The notes beneath the pieces were generated by a model. The model was not told the origin of the DNA. It worked only from the letters and a program-made list of their open reading frames with translations, and did not search any database. The position numbers and the translations under genes were made by a program. Shown piece by piece: positions 20,769 through 30,494 of a stretch of 64,000 nucleotides of DNA (its first letter is position 1; each line of letters opens with the position of its first letter). This stretch comes from Candidatus Woesebacteria bacterium (GTDB lineage Bacteria; Patescibacteriota; Microgenomatia; UBA8517): the NCBI GenBank assembly GCA_020060565.1, contig JAGVAE010000002.1, positions 371,270-435,269 on the forward strand. Reading direction: 5' to 3'.

Positions 20769-21571
20769 GATTTGTTATGACAACAACACATATGAGCAAA
20801 TTTGTTAATATGGCGATTCGAACAATAGAAAAACTTACCGGATACGAGATATTGGTTCATAAGAGAAATGCAAATAAATCAAAATCAAGTACGAGGTATT
20901 TAGCTGAAACCACTCGCTATATTAATCAGATTTCTTGCTTTATCCCAAAAAATGTATTTGAAATTGGAGCAAATTATGGTCAAGACGCCGATTTTTTAAA
21001 AAGAGAATTTAATTTGAGCAATAAAAATGTATACGTTTTTGAACCCCACCCAGAATTATTTAAAATGATAAAAGAACGATACGGTTTTAATTGTAATAAC
21101 TATGCGGTGTCTAACAGAAATGGGAAATGTATATTTCATACAATGAATCTAAATAAAAATAATGGAGCATCTTCTTTAATGGTACACAAATATAATGACA
21201 AGAAAATGTATAGTGATATAACAGTTCAAACAAGAAGAATGGACTACTTTATTTCTAAAAATAATATAAAATCAATTGATTTTCTGAAAATCGATGTCGA
21301 GGGCCTAACATATGAAGTTTTGTCCGGTTTCGGTAAAAGTATACAAATGGTTAAAGCTGTTCAGGTAGAGACCGAATTCCTACCCATCTGGAAAGGTCAA
21401 AAGACTTGGAGTGATGTTTACAAATTATTGTCAATTAAAGGATTTCAATTGATTGATTATAGATTACACGAAGGAGGAACTCAGGCAGACTCTTTTTGGA
21501 TTCAAAAGAGATATGTTGATAACAAGATTTTTAACTTAAAAAATAACAGATGGGAAGATATGCACAAATAA
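20765..21571 (+). CDS. FkbM family methyltransferase
   Basis: EIGANYG, FEPHP, GASSL, IDFLKIDVEG. Confidence 0.9.
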   Translation: MRFVMTTTHMSKFVNMAIRTIEKLTGYEILVHKRNANKSKSSTRYLAETTRYINQISCFIPKNVFEIGANYGQDADFLKREFNLSNKNVYVFEPHPELFKMIKERYGFNCNNYAVSNRNGKCIFHTMNLNKNNGASSLMVHKYNDKKMYSDITVQTRRMDYFISKNNIKSIDFLKIDVEGLTYEVLSGFGKSIQMVKAVQVETEFLPIWKGQKTWSDVYKLLSIKGFQLIDYRLHEGGTQADSFWIQKRYVDNKIFNLKNNRWEDMHK

Positions 21572-21572
21572 A

Positions 21573-22355
21573 ATGAAGAAATTTCTAATATCAATTATAC
21601 GAAAATTCGGGTTCGATATTGTCAGATATGGAAATTTCGTAAAATCAGTGAGGACAAAAAAGTTATCGCTTTATAAAACTAAAACAGGAGATTATTTTTT
21701 ACCAACTGATGCAGTCAATGATGAAATTGCATACGCAATTAAAAATGATACAGTTTTTGATAAGGAGGTTGTTGATTGTGCAGCAAAGTATATCAAGCCC
21801 GGAACCGTAGTACTTGATTTGGGTTGTAATTTTGGGCAGATGAGTATTCTATTTTCAGGTCTAGTCAAAAATACTGGAAAAGTACATGCGTTTGAGGCTG
21901 ATAGTTGGGTATACAAAATATTATTAAAAAACATTAAAGCGAATAAAAAAGAAGAAGTTGTTATTCCCCACTTTGGCGCTGTGCACAATACCGTTAACAA
22001 AATACTTCGGTTTCCTATCCAAAATTTTAAGAAGTATCAGTCATATGGATCTTATGGAATTGACTATACCGCAAAACATGGCAGAAGGGTAAAATCGCTT
22101 ACAATTGATAGTTTGAAAATCAAAGAAGAAATTAGTTTTATGAAAATAGATATCGAAGGGGGAGACCTCAAAGCCATGCAAGGTGCTCGAAAGACAATCC
22201 TTAAAAACAAAATGCCGATCATTTTTGAATATCAGTATACTTATGAAGATAAGTATAAAATGTGTTTTCAAGATTATGTAGATTTTGTTGGAAGTATAAA
22301 TTACAGATTTGTAAAAGTAATTAATGGATGTAATTATCTAATCTTGCCAAAATGA
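21573..22355 (+). CDS. FkbM family methyltransferase
   Basis: DLGCNFG, VHAFEA, FMKIDIEG, PIIFE. Confidence 0.9.
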   Translation: MKKFLISIIRKFGFDIVRYGNFVKSVRTKKLSLYKTKTGDYFLPTDAVNDEIAYAIKNDTVFDKEVVDCAAKYIKPGTVVLDLGCNFGQMSILFSGLVKNTGKVHAFEADSWVYKILLKNIKANKKEEVVIPHFGAVHNTVNKILRFPIQNFKKYQSYGSYGIDYTAKHGRRVKSLTIDSLKIKEEISFMKIDIEGGDLKAMQGARKTILKNKMPIIFEYQYTYEDKYKMCFQDYVDFVGSINYRFVKVINGCNYLILPK

Positions 22356-22358
22356 AGT

Positions 22359-23588
22359 ATGTATACGGAAATAAATAAATGTCGAATCTGTGGAAGCTCA
22401 CACCTGATTGTTGTATTGTCACTTGGAAAACAATATCTTACTGGTGTTTTTCCTAAGTCTTCTGGAGAGAAAATTACAAAGGGTCCTCTTGATATGGTTT
22501 GGTGTACAAAATGTGGCCTTCTTCAAATGAAACAATCATATAGCTCTGAAGAAATGTATGGTGATAATTATGGATATCGCTCTGGACTAAATGTTTCAAT
22601 GGTTAAACATTTACAACAAAAAATGAGAATGTTGGAAATATTGGCTAAACCGAAAGCATCTGAACTATTAATAGATATAGGTAGTAATGATGCTACTTTA
22701 TTAAAAGCCTGTACAGGTAAATATAAAAAAGTGGGAATAGACCCTACAGGGAAAAAATTTAAAAAATACTATTCAAAAGATATGACTCTGATTTCAGATT
22801 TTTTTTCAACGGCTTCTTTTAAAAAAATATTCCCCAATAAAAAGGCAAAGATTATTACATCAATTGCGATGTTTTATGATTTGGAAAGCCCCAGGGATTT
22901 TGTATTAGATGTAAGGAAATGTCTTGCTGACGATGGTATTTGGCATTTTGAACAAAGTTATATGCCAAGTATGCTTCGCACCAATTCTTATGACACGATA
23001 TGTCATGAGCATCTTGAATTTTATTCTTTTAAAGTAGTTAAAAACTTGCTTGAAAAATGTGGAATGAAAGTAGTGGACGTTGAAGTGAATGCAATTAATG
23101 GTGGAAGTTTTGCTGTCACTGCTTGTAAGAAGTCGGCCAAATATAAGTCGAATATGCCAATAATAAATTGGATGTTAAAACAAGAAAAAGATATGGGTCT
23201 TAACACCCCAAAACCATATAGAGATTTTGAGGAGAAAGTTTATAAACATAGAGAGAATCTAAGAGAATTGATAAAAAGTCTTGTTGCAGATGGAAAGAAA
23301 ATAATTGGTTATGGAGCTAGCACAAAAGGTAATGTTCTTCTACAGTTTTGTGGTTTTGATACAAAACATATTTCTTGCATAGCCGAAGTGAATGAAGAAA
23401 AATTTGGATCATTCACCCCAGGAACTAAAATTCCTATAATTTCTGAAAAAGAAGCTAAATCCAAAAAACCAGATTATTTCTTCGTATTGCCATGGCATTT
23501 TAAATACAACATATTGGAACGAGAAAAAGAATTCTTGGAAAACGGGGGAAAGTTCATTTTCCCTCTTCCTTATATAGAAATTATTTGA
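22359..23588 (+). CDS. NDP-hexose C-methyltransferase (Zn-binding; TylC3/NovU-like)
   Basis: CRICG...CTKCGLLQ Zn motif, DIGSNDATLL, YDTICHEHL, YGASTKG, LPWHF. Confidence 0.9.
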   Translation: MYTEINKCRICGSSHLIVVLSLGKQYLTGVFPKSSGEKITKGPLDMVWCTKCGLLQMKQSYSSEEMYGDNYGYRSGLNVSMVKHLQQKMRMLEILAKPKASELLIDIGSNDATLLKACTGKYKKVGIDPTGKKFKKYYSKDMTLISDFFSTASFKKIFPNKKAKIITSIAMFYDLESPRDFVLDVRKCLADDGIWHFEQSYMPSMLRTNSYDTICHEHLEFYSFKVVKNLLEKCGMKVVDVEVNAINGGSFAVTACKKSAKYKSNMPIINWMLKQEKDMGLNTPKPYRDFEEKVYKHRENLRELIKSLVADGKKIIGYGASTKGNVLLQFCGFDTKHISCIAEVNEEKFGSFTPGTKIPIISEKEAKSKKPDYFFVLPWHFKYNILEREKEFLENGGKFIFPLPYIEII

Positions 23589-23590
23589 TA

Positions 23591-24460
23591 ATGAAAGCAT
23601 TAATATTTGGAGCTGGTGGTCAAGATGGGTATTATTTGACTCAGCTTTTGAAAAAGAAAAAAATTAAAGTTGTTGGGGTAGATAAATTATCTGATGAATG
23701 GCTGATGGGTGACGTTGGCAATTTTTCCTTTGTCGAATCATTAATTAAGAAGAATAGGCCAGATTATATATTTCATTTTGCCGCCATTTCATCAACAGAT
23801 CATGGTGTAGTACTTGAAAATCATGACACAATAAGCACCGGTACATTAAATATGTTAGAAAGCGTGAGATTACATTGCCCAAAATGTAAGGTCTTTTTGT
23901 CGGGTAGTGCCTTGCAGTTTAGAAATACGGGAAAGCCAATAAATGAAAAAACACCATTTGAGGCAAAAAGTGCATATGCGGTTGAGAGAATTCAATCGGT
24001 ATATATGGGTCGTTATTACCGAGAAACCTTTGGTATAGGAGTGTATATAGGATATTTCTTTAATCATGATAGTCCAATTAGACCCAAACAACATGTAAGC
24101 CAGTATATTGTGGAATCAATCAAAAAAATTTCTAAAGATGGGGGGGAAATGAAAATTGGGGATATAAATGTAAAAAAGGAGTTTGGATATGCAGAAGATG
24201 TTGTTGAGGCAATTTGGATTTTGGTAAATCAAAATAAAATATACGAAGCTGTGATTGGTACGGGGAAAGCATATAGTCTAAGAGAATGGGTAGATTATTG
24301 CTTTAAGAAAGTAGGTAAAAATTGGAAAGATCATGTTGTACCTAAAAAGAACTATAAAGCAGAATACAAAGTTTTGGTAAGTAATCCGAAAATAATAAAA
24401 AGCTTAGGCTGGAAACCGAAAGTTGGCTTTTTTGAATTGGCGGACATGATGATGAACTAA
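23591..24460 (+). CDS. GMD/RMD-like extended SDR (probably a reductase; atypical active site)
   Basis: GAGGQDG, FNHDSP; YAVER in place of YxxxK. Confidence 0.75.
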   Translation: MKALIFGAGGQDGYYLTQLLKKKKIKVVGVDKLSDEWLMGDVGNFSFVESLIKKNRPDYIFHFAAISSTDHGVVLENHDTISTGTLNMLESVRLHCPKCKVFLSGSALQFRNTGKPINEKTPFEAKSAYAVERIQSVYMGRYYRETFGIGVYIGYFFNHDSPIRPKQHVSQYIVESIKKISKDGGEMKIGDINVKKEFGYAEDVVEAIWILVNQNKIYEAVIGTGKAYSLREWVDYCFKKVGKNWKDHVVPKKNYKAEYKVLVSNPKIIKSLGWKPKVGFFELADMMMN

Positions 24461-24462
24461 CT

Positions 24463-25761
24463 ATGATAGTAGTATGCGAACCTCAATGTAGGGGAGTCAG
24501 TCACGAAAAAGTTAATGGTGGATTTATCTACGGTCTTCATTCGGCTTATCCGAAAGATAAGTTATTATTTTTTTCTGATAAATCTCATTTTAAGGAAATA
24601 AAGGAATTATTTAGAAGTAATAAAGTGAAAATCCCTAGTTTATCGTGTCAGCCGATTAGTTTTGATGCAAATAATGCATTTAGTCTATTTGGGATACTAA
24701 GATATTATTTTTTGTTTAAAAGAATATTTGATAAAACACTATCGTTGGGGCAAACTAAAGTATTTTTTTTGTCGACCAGTCCAATTATTCTATATACAAT
24801 TAAAAAACTAAAGCTTGAAAGTAGGTATAGAGATATGTGTTGCACCTTTGTTCTTCATGGTGAATTAGAGGATATAGCAAACAAAAAATATAAGGATCCA
24901 TATACGCCAACAATATCGAGTGTAAAAATCAGTATAAAAAGAATTGTTTTCAATTTATTAAATCACCCGGATAGAGTTTTTATATTTGTAATTAAAAAAC
25001 TCTTTTTTCCATTTGTATTTGCATATTTGCATTATTCATTAACTTATAAAAAGAAATTTCGTACTAAAAAAATGCTTCTGTGGCATCATTCTGATCAATA
25101 TAAATACATTGTTTTATCACCACACATAGTTATAAACGCAAAGAAATATTTGGATACAGATTACTTAAATTTTCATACAATTATCATGCCGATTATTTAT
25201 GACAAACCATTACCAGAACCTGTTAATAAATATATAAAATTTGCCATTTTTGGTTATGGGGATTCTGGCCAGATGAATAAGATGCTAACCATTCTTTCTA
25301 AAAGGAACATCACTAAACCTTATGAGATAAGAATTATTAGTATGGACGATAGAGGAACTGAAGGTTTTCAAAATGTTACTCATGTAGGTAATGGTAGCAT
25401 TTTATCAAGGAAAGAAATGAAAGATTCTGCTCGTGATATAGACATATTTATGAATTTATATGGAAAATCACGGCACCGTTTTGGTTGTAGCTTGTCAATA
25501 TTTGAGGCTCTGTCATATTTAAAACCAGTATTACATTTGAGTAATCCTGGATATAATTATTTTAATAAATCAGCTATGCCAATAGGTTATCGGTGTGATG
25601 ATCTAGAAAAATTTGTCGATAAGATGCAGGATATTGTCGAAAGACATTCACAATATAAAGGCGAATTAAAGACCTTAAGAAACAATATGAAGGAATACAG
25701 AAAAGAATATAACATTCAATATAACCTGGATGAATTAAGGAGTAGTTTCACTTTTACTTAA
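24463..25761 (+). CDS. Putative GT-B fold glycosyltransferase
   Basis: VCEPQC...HE at the N-terminus, LHGEL, SIFEALSYLKPV. Confidence 0.55.
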   Translation: MIVVCEPQCRGVSHEKVNGGFIYGLHSAYPKDKLLFFSDKSHFKEIKELFRSNKVKIPSLSCQPISFDANNAFSLFGILRYYFLFKRIFDKTLSLGQTKVFFLSTSPIILYTIKKLKLESRYRDMCCTFVLHGELEDIANKKYKDPYTPTISSVKISIKRIVFNLLNHPDRVFIFVIKKLFFPFVFAYLHYSLTYKKKFRTKKMLLWHHSDQYKYIVLSPHIVINAKKYLDTDYLNFHTIIMPIIYDKPLPEPVNKYIKFAIFGYGDSGQMNKMLTILSKRNITKPYEIRIISMDDRGTEGFQNVTHVGNGSILSRKEMKDSARDIDIFMNLYGKSRHRFGCSLSIFEALSYLKPVLHLSNPGYNYFNKSAMPIGYRCDDLEKFVDKMQDIVERHSQYKGELKTLRNNMKEYRKEYNIQYNLDELRSSFTFT

Positions 25762-25762
25762 T

Positions 25763-26467
25763 ATGAATTTAAGACTAGGATTTTCTACTCAAATATTTTC
25801 TAATTGCTGCAGCACGAAGGAAGCGGTTAAAAACATTGAAAATGTTGGTTGTCGGACAATTGAAATTATTTTTGAAAAAAACAAAGGGGTAGATAATTTT
25901 GATTTAGATGAGATAGAAGCGGAAGATCTTAAAAAATTTGATTGGGTTAGTCTTCACGCTCCCACTATAAATTATGGAAAAAATAGAGAAACAGAGACAA
26001 TATTTGGACAGATACATAGATTTAATAATAAACGCACACTGGATCTGGTTGTTTTTCACCCTGATTGTATATCAGATTTCAAAGTATTTGATAAGATTGA
26101 TTTTAATGTTGGGTTTGAAAATATGGATTGTCATAAGTATTCTTACAAACAACCATACGAACTAGAAAAACTTGTCAATCTAAATAATAGATGGAAAATA
26201 GTTCTTGATGTTAATCATGTTTATACTAATGATAAATCAATGGAGCTAGGGTCTTCATTTCACAGAATATTAAGCGAAAGAATAGCGGAATACCACCTTA
26301 GTGGTTTTTCTACAATTCATGATCCACTGTACAAAACAAAACAAATAAAGATAATAAAGGCCATAAAAAATTTTCGGTTACCTGTGATTGTTGAATCATT
26401 ATTAACACCAGAAACAATTAAAAAGGAGAAAGACTATATTATTAAAATGATGAAAAAGGTAAACTAA
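25763..26467 (+). CDS. Xylose-isomerase/AP-endonuclease-2-like TIM barrel protein
   Basis: SLHAP, VFHP, FENMD, LDVNH, YHLSG...HDP metal-ligand pattern. Confidence 0.7.
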   Translation: MNLRLGFSTQIFSNCCSTKEAVKNIENVGCRTIEIIFEKNKGVDNFDLDEIEAEDLKKFDWVSLHAPTINYGKNRETETIFGQIHRFNNKRTLDLVVFHPDCISDFKVFDKIDFNVGFENMDCHKYSYKQPYELEKLVNLNNRWKIVLDVNHVYTNDKSMELGSSFHRILSERIAEYHLSGFSTIHDPLYKTKQIKIIKAIKNFRLPVIVESLLTPETIKKEKDYIIKMMKKVN

Positions 26468-26473
26468 AACAAT

Positions 26474-27682
26474 ATGCCAATCGATAAAGAATTGAAATCA
26501 GAAATATTACTTAATAATATTGAAAAGACATTCACTAAAGAAGATTCGGAATCGACGGGTCTTTATCAGACGGGAAATCCTGAAGCATCTATAAAGATTG
26601 TTGCATCCATGAGAGACTATGGTGAGGTTAATGTGCTGCTTCCTGTTATTGAGGAGTTGCTGAAGGATAAGAATTATGGTGTCTCAATTTTTGCGGATGG
26701 CCCTGGAGAAAAAATTTTAAAAAATAAATCGAGGTTTAAAAAAATAAAAGTTGAGAAAAACATTCTCGTAAATATTGCAAATGAAGTTGAGAGTGCAAAT
26801 ATGGTTTTGGTTTCCCAGTCAGTCAATTCAGGTATAGATAACTCTTTAGTGTCGACAGCAGCAACAGAGGCAGGGATTAAAGCGGTTACAGTAGCTATAG
26901 AAGATTTCCCTGGTGGTGGAAGCGCTCTTAATAATGTTCTTTCAAGTAAGAACAATTTGCTTATTCCAGATTGGCAATGTGTGATGAATGAAGAATCAAA
27001 AAAAGCAGTCATAAAAGCAAGGCCCAATCTTGATCCCAAAAGAATTGTTATTACTGGGTTGCCAAATTTTGATAAAATCAATGTTTATGAGAAAGAAAAT
27101 ACAAGAAATGAATTTAGAGAAAAATATGAAGTTAAAGAAAATGAAAATATTATTGTCTGGGTAGGTGGTTATGGTGAAGTAGATAGTGAATCATTAAAAA
27201 TATTTCTAGAGGGTTTAAAAAATAGTGCGCTAGAAAATTACCGTCTGGTTATAAGGCGGCATCCAAGTGACGAAAGGAGTAAAGAATTTTTTGATAACAT
27301 AACTACCGATTTTTATGATCACTTACTTGATACATCTAGCGAAAGCATTGATGTAGTAAGACAATCAGCCGATTTAATTGTGACTATAAATTCAACAGAG
27401 AGTGTAAAAGCAGTTTGTGAAGGGACTCTTACTTTATTGGTGATAATACCAGAAATTTTAAAACAGACAGGTGAGCCAAATTTTACCTTTTTAATCGCTG
27501 AAGATGGTTCAACGGCAGTGGTTCGAGAAAAATCTGAAATGGTAAAGACTTTAAAAAAAGTTTTTAATGATGAAAAATTCAAAAATGGTTTGAATGAAAA
27601 AATGAAAAAATGGAAAGTTGATGGTAAAGCAACTGAAAGAGTGGTGGCATTGATTAAAAATAAAGCTCAAAACAACCAGTAA
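26474..27682 (+). CDS. GT-B fold protein (TagF/NeuC/ulosonate-transferase-like)
   Basis: ITGLPNFD, IRRHPSD, ADLIVTINST, DGKATERVV. Confidence 0.6.
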   Translation: MPIDKELKSEILLNNIEKTFTKEDSESTGLYQTGNPEASIKIVASMRDYGEVNVLLPVIEELLKDKNYGVSIFADGPGEKILKNKSRFKKIKVEKNILVNIANEVESANMVLVSQSVNSGIDNSLVSTAATEAGIKAVTVAIEDFPGGGSALNNVLSSKNNLLIPDWQCVMNEESKKAVIKARPNLDPKRIVITGLPNFDKINVYEKENTRNEFREKYEVKENENIIVWVGGYGEVDSESLKIFLEGLKNSALENYRLVIRRHPSDERSKEFFDNITTDFYDHLLDTSSESIDVVRQSADLIVTINSTESVKAVCEGTLTLLVIIPEILKQTGEPNFTFLIAEDGSTAVVREKSEMVKTLKKVFNDEKFKNGLNEKMKKWKVDGKATERVVALIKNKAQNNQ

Positions 27683-27722
27683 AAAAACAAACTTCAAAGA
27701 TCGTATTTTTTTTAAAATATCG

Positions 27723-27731
27723 TGATAGAAT
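27723..27731 (+). promoter_or_regulatory. Extended -10 element TGATAGAAT upstream of the pseB-like gene
   Basis: TGnTAGAAT 7 nt before the ATG at 27739; no Shine-Dalgarno. Confidence 0.5.
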
Positions 27732-27738
27732 ACAGCAT

Positions 27739-28746
27739 ATGTTATTAACCAATAAAACAGTATTAATAACTGGGGGAACTGGTTATCTGGGCCAAGCCTT
27801 GACAAAAGAAATTTTAAAACAAAAACCCAAAAGTATAAGAATTTTTGGTAGAGATGAGGTAAAGCATTATAAATTTCAGGAAAAGTTTTCCCACAATATT
27901 AAAATCAGAAATTTTTTGGGAGATGTACGGGATTACCAAAGACTTCTTAAAGCCACAAGGCAGGTAGATATTGTTATTCACGCAGCCGCACTTAAGAGGT
28001 TGGACCTTTTAGAGTACAACGTGGATGAATCCATTAAAACTAATATTTTAGGAACTTTAAATGTTGTTAATGCATGTTTGGAAAATAAAGTTGAAAAAGC
28101 GGTAATGATTTCTACAGATAAAGCATGTTCACCTGTTAACACTTATGGCGCATGTAAATTTGTCAGCGAAAGAATATTTAGCGAAAGTAACTACAGCAAA
28201 GGAGATTTAAAAACTGTTTTTACTACCGTTAGATATGGAAATGTTTTGGAAAGTACAGGCTCCGTTATCCCGTTTTTCAGCGAAAAAATAAATAATGGTG
28301 ACGTCATTCCCTTAACCGATCCTCGTATGACAAGATTTATCATTAGTCCTAAAGAGGCAGTTTATCTTGTTTTTAGTGCAATCAAATATGGAGTGGGCGG
28401 AGAGATCTTTGTACCCAAACTTCCTTCTTTCAGGATTACGGATTTGATTGAAATCCTAAAAAATAAATATCAATCTAAAAATAAAGTAAAAATTATTGGT
28501 CTTAGACCTGGGGAGAAAATTCATGAATTAATGATAAATGACTCAGAAATTCCTAGAACATATAATTTTAAAAATCTCTATGTGATAGGTTCATCGATTC
28601 AAGAGTTTCAGAGTCACATTAGACCTTTGTATATTAAAAGAGGTAAATTGTTAAATGAAAAGATTATGACGGAATATAGTTCTAAGGATTCGACAATCTC
28701 TCAAAAAGAAATCTCCAAGATTTTTAAAAAATTAGGTCTTTTATAA
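27739..28746 (+). CDS. pseB: UDP-GlcNAc 4,6-dehydratase (PseB/FlaA1-like)
   Basis: GGTGYLG, RDEVK, HAAALK, STDKA, YGACK, RYGNV, MTRF, RPGEKIHE. Confidence 0.75.
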   Translation: MLLTNKTVLITGGTGYLGQALTKEILKQKPKSIRIFGRDEVKHYKFQEKFSHNIKIRNFLGDVRDYQRLLKATRQVDIVIHAAALKRLDLLEYNVDESIKTNILGTLNVVNACLENKVEKAVMISTDKACSPVNTYGACKFVSERIFSESNYSKGDLKTVFTTVRYGNVLESTGSVIPFFSEKINNGDVIPLTDPRMTRFIISPKEAVYLVFSAIKYGVGGEIFVPKLPSFRITDLIEILKNKYQSKNKVKIIGLRPGEKIHELMINDSEIPRTYNFKNLYVIGSSIQEFQSHIRPLYIKRGKLLNEKIMTEYSSKDSTISQKEISKIFKKLGLL

Positions 28747-28759
28747 TGATTCAAAATCA

Positions 28760-29524
28760 ATGAAAGTATTTATAACCGGATACAAAGGATTCATTGGAAG
28801 AAATCTTACATCTGAACTTAAGAATTGGGTAGGGTACAACAGTGATGTTTTGGATAAAAAAAAGCTTACAAAGCAAATGAGAGGGTGTGATGCAGTAATT
28901 CATCTAGCTGGTATATTTAATGGTCCCGATTCCAATCTTATTTATAAGGTAAATCTTGTAGGAACAGCCAATGTTGTCCAAGCGATGCATGAAAATGGAA
29001 TCAAGAAAATAATATTCGCTTCGTCGGTTGGGGCAGGGGAAAGATTCTATAATGCTTATGACGATTCAAAATTTATAGCTGAGAAGATTGTTCGGGATAA
29101 AAGTCTCGAGACAACCGTTTTAAGATTGTCTAATCTCTATGGAAAAGATCAAAAAGATAAACTTATAGCCTTTCTATTGGATGGTTTTAAAAAAGGGGAA
29201 GTACAAGTGACTGGGGATGGTCTTCAAACAAGAGATCTTGTTTATATTGATGACGTTGTTGATGCGATTATAAAATCTTTGAAAGTACCAGGGAGCAAAA
29301 AACCAATAGACATTGGTTGTGGGAAAAGCTACAGCATTTTAAAGGTTGTGGATATAATTTCTCGAATCCTGAATAAGAAAGTAAAAATAGAATTTGTGAA
29401 GTTTCCCAATTATGTAAAGGATATGAGAATATCAGAGGTAAATTTGTATCTGGCAAAAAAGCTATTAGGTTACAAACCTAAATATAGTCTGGAAGAAGGA
29501 CTTAAAAAGATTATATCAGAATAA
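28760..29524 (+). CDS. NAD-dependent epimerase/dehydratase (SDR)
   Basis: TGYKGFIG, ASS, YDDSK, GDGLQTRDLVYIDDV. Confidence 0.88.
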   Translation: MKVFITGYKGFIGRNLTSELKNWVGYNSDVLDKKKLTKQMRGCDAVIHLAGIFNGPDSNLIYKVNLVGTANVVQAMHENGIKKIIFASSVGAGERFYNAYDDSKFIAEKIVRDKSLETTVLRLSNLYGKDQKDKLIAFLLDGFKKGEVQVTGDGLQTRDLVYIDDVVDAIIKSLKVPGSKKPIDIGCGKSYSILKVVDIISRILNKKVKIEFVKFPNYVKDMRISEVNLYLAKKLLGYKPKYSLEEGLKKIISE

Positions 29525-29540
29525 TGGCAATTATATTTGT

Positions 29541-30407
29541 ATGAATAAGATAATTTTGGGTACGGCTCAGATTGGAATGTCGTATGGCATCAATAATCAA
29601 ACAGGTAAGCCCTCTGAAAATGATTCTATTGCAGTTTTAAATGAGGCCTATAGAAGAGGTATTAGAAAGCTTGATACGGCAGACACATATGGCGACGCAA
29701 TTGATATTGTAGGAAGGTATCACGCAGGTCACAATAAATTCAACATTCTTAATAAGTTTAGTTTGTCTGATGGCAATACAGACATCATCAGAAAAGTTGA
29801 ACGTGCTTTAAGAATACTAAGAATAAATGAATTTGAAGTCTATTCGTATCATTCCTTCAATGATTTTATTGCCAATAATAAAATTTCAAAAATACTAATG
29901 AAATTAAAGAAAGAAAAATTGATAAAAAAAATAGGTATTTCCATTTATACAAATCAGGAGTTTGAAACGGGAATAAACTCTGAAATGATTGACGTAATTC
30001 AAATACCATTTAACATTTTAGATAACAATAACAAAAAAGGGTCACTTATCACTAAAGCAAAGCAAAATGGGAAAGAAATCCATACACGATCCGTTTTTTT
30101 ACAGGGTTTGTTTTTTATGGATGAAGGAAACATTATTTCAAAATTAAGACCATTGGTGCCGTATATAAACAAAGTTAAAAGCTTTTGTGAGATTCAGGGA
30201 ATGTCAATTAATAAACTTTCCTTAATGTATGCAATTTCAAATCCCAATATTGATGGAGTATTGGTGGGTGTAGATAGCGTAGAACAATTGAAGGAGAATA
30301 TAAGTTATTTAAAGCCAGACCATATTGGATCTATAATAAAATTTGTAGAAACTCTTGACGTTAAGGAAGTTGAGTTGTTAAATCCTGTAAGTTGGAAACA
30401 AATATGA
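29541..30407 (+). CDS. Aldo/keto reductase (copy 1)
   Basis: LGTAQIGMSYG, LDTADTYG, KIGISIY, RSVFLQGL. Confidence 0.9.
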   Translation: MNKIILGTAQIGMSYGINNQTGKPSENDSIAVLNEAYRRGIRKLDTADTYGDAIDIVGRYHAGHNKFNILNKFSLSDGNTDIIRKVERALRILRINEFEVYSYHSFNDFIANNKISKILMKLKKEKLIKKIGISIYTNQEFETGINSEMIDVIQIPFNILDNNNKKGSLITKAKQNGKEIHTRSVFLQGLFFMDEGNIISKLRPLVPYINKVKSFCEIQGMSINKLSLMYAISNPNIDGVLVGVDSVEQLKENISYLKPDHIGSIIKFVETLDVKEVELLNPVSWKQI

Positions 30408-30481
30408 AAATACTAGCCATCACTCAAGCCAGGATCGGATCAACCCGTGTACTAGGAAATGAATTGAGTATGAATATATAA
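30404..30481 (+). pseudogene. Truncated 5' remnant of an SpsF-like cytidylyltransferase
   Basis: Encodes MKILAITQARIGSTRVLGNELSMNI*, matching MKILAITQARVGSTR of 31369; ATGA-coupled to the upstream AKR. Confidence 0.8.
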
Positions 30482-30494
30482 TTATAATAAACGA

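Noticed and set aside
27681-27722. Rho-independent terminator (A-run ... T8)
   Set aside because: No GC-rich stem; only weak A/T complementarity
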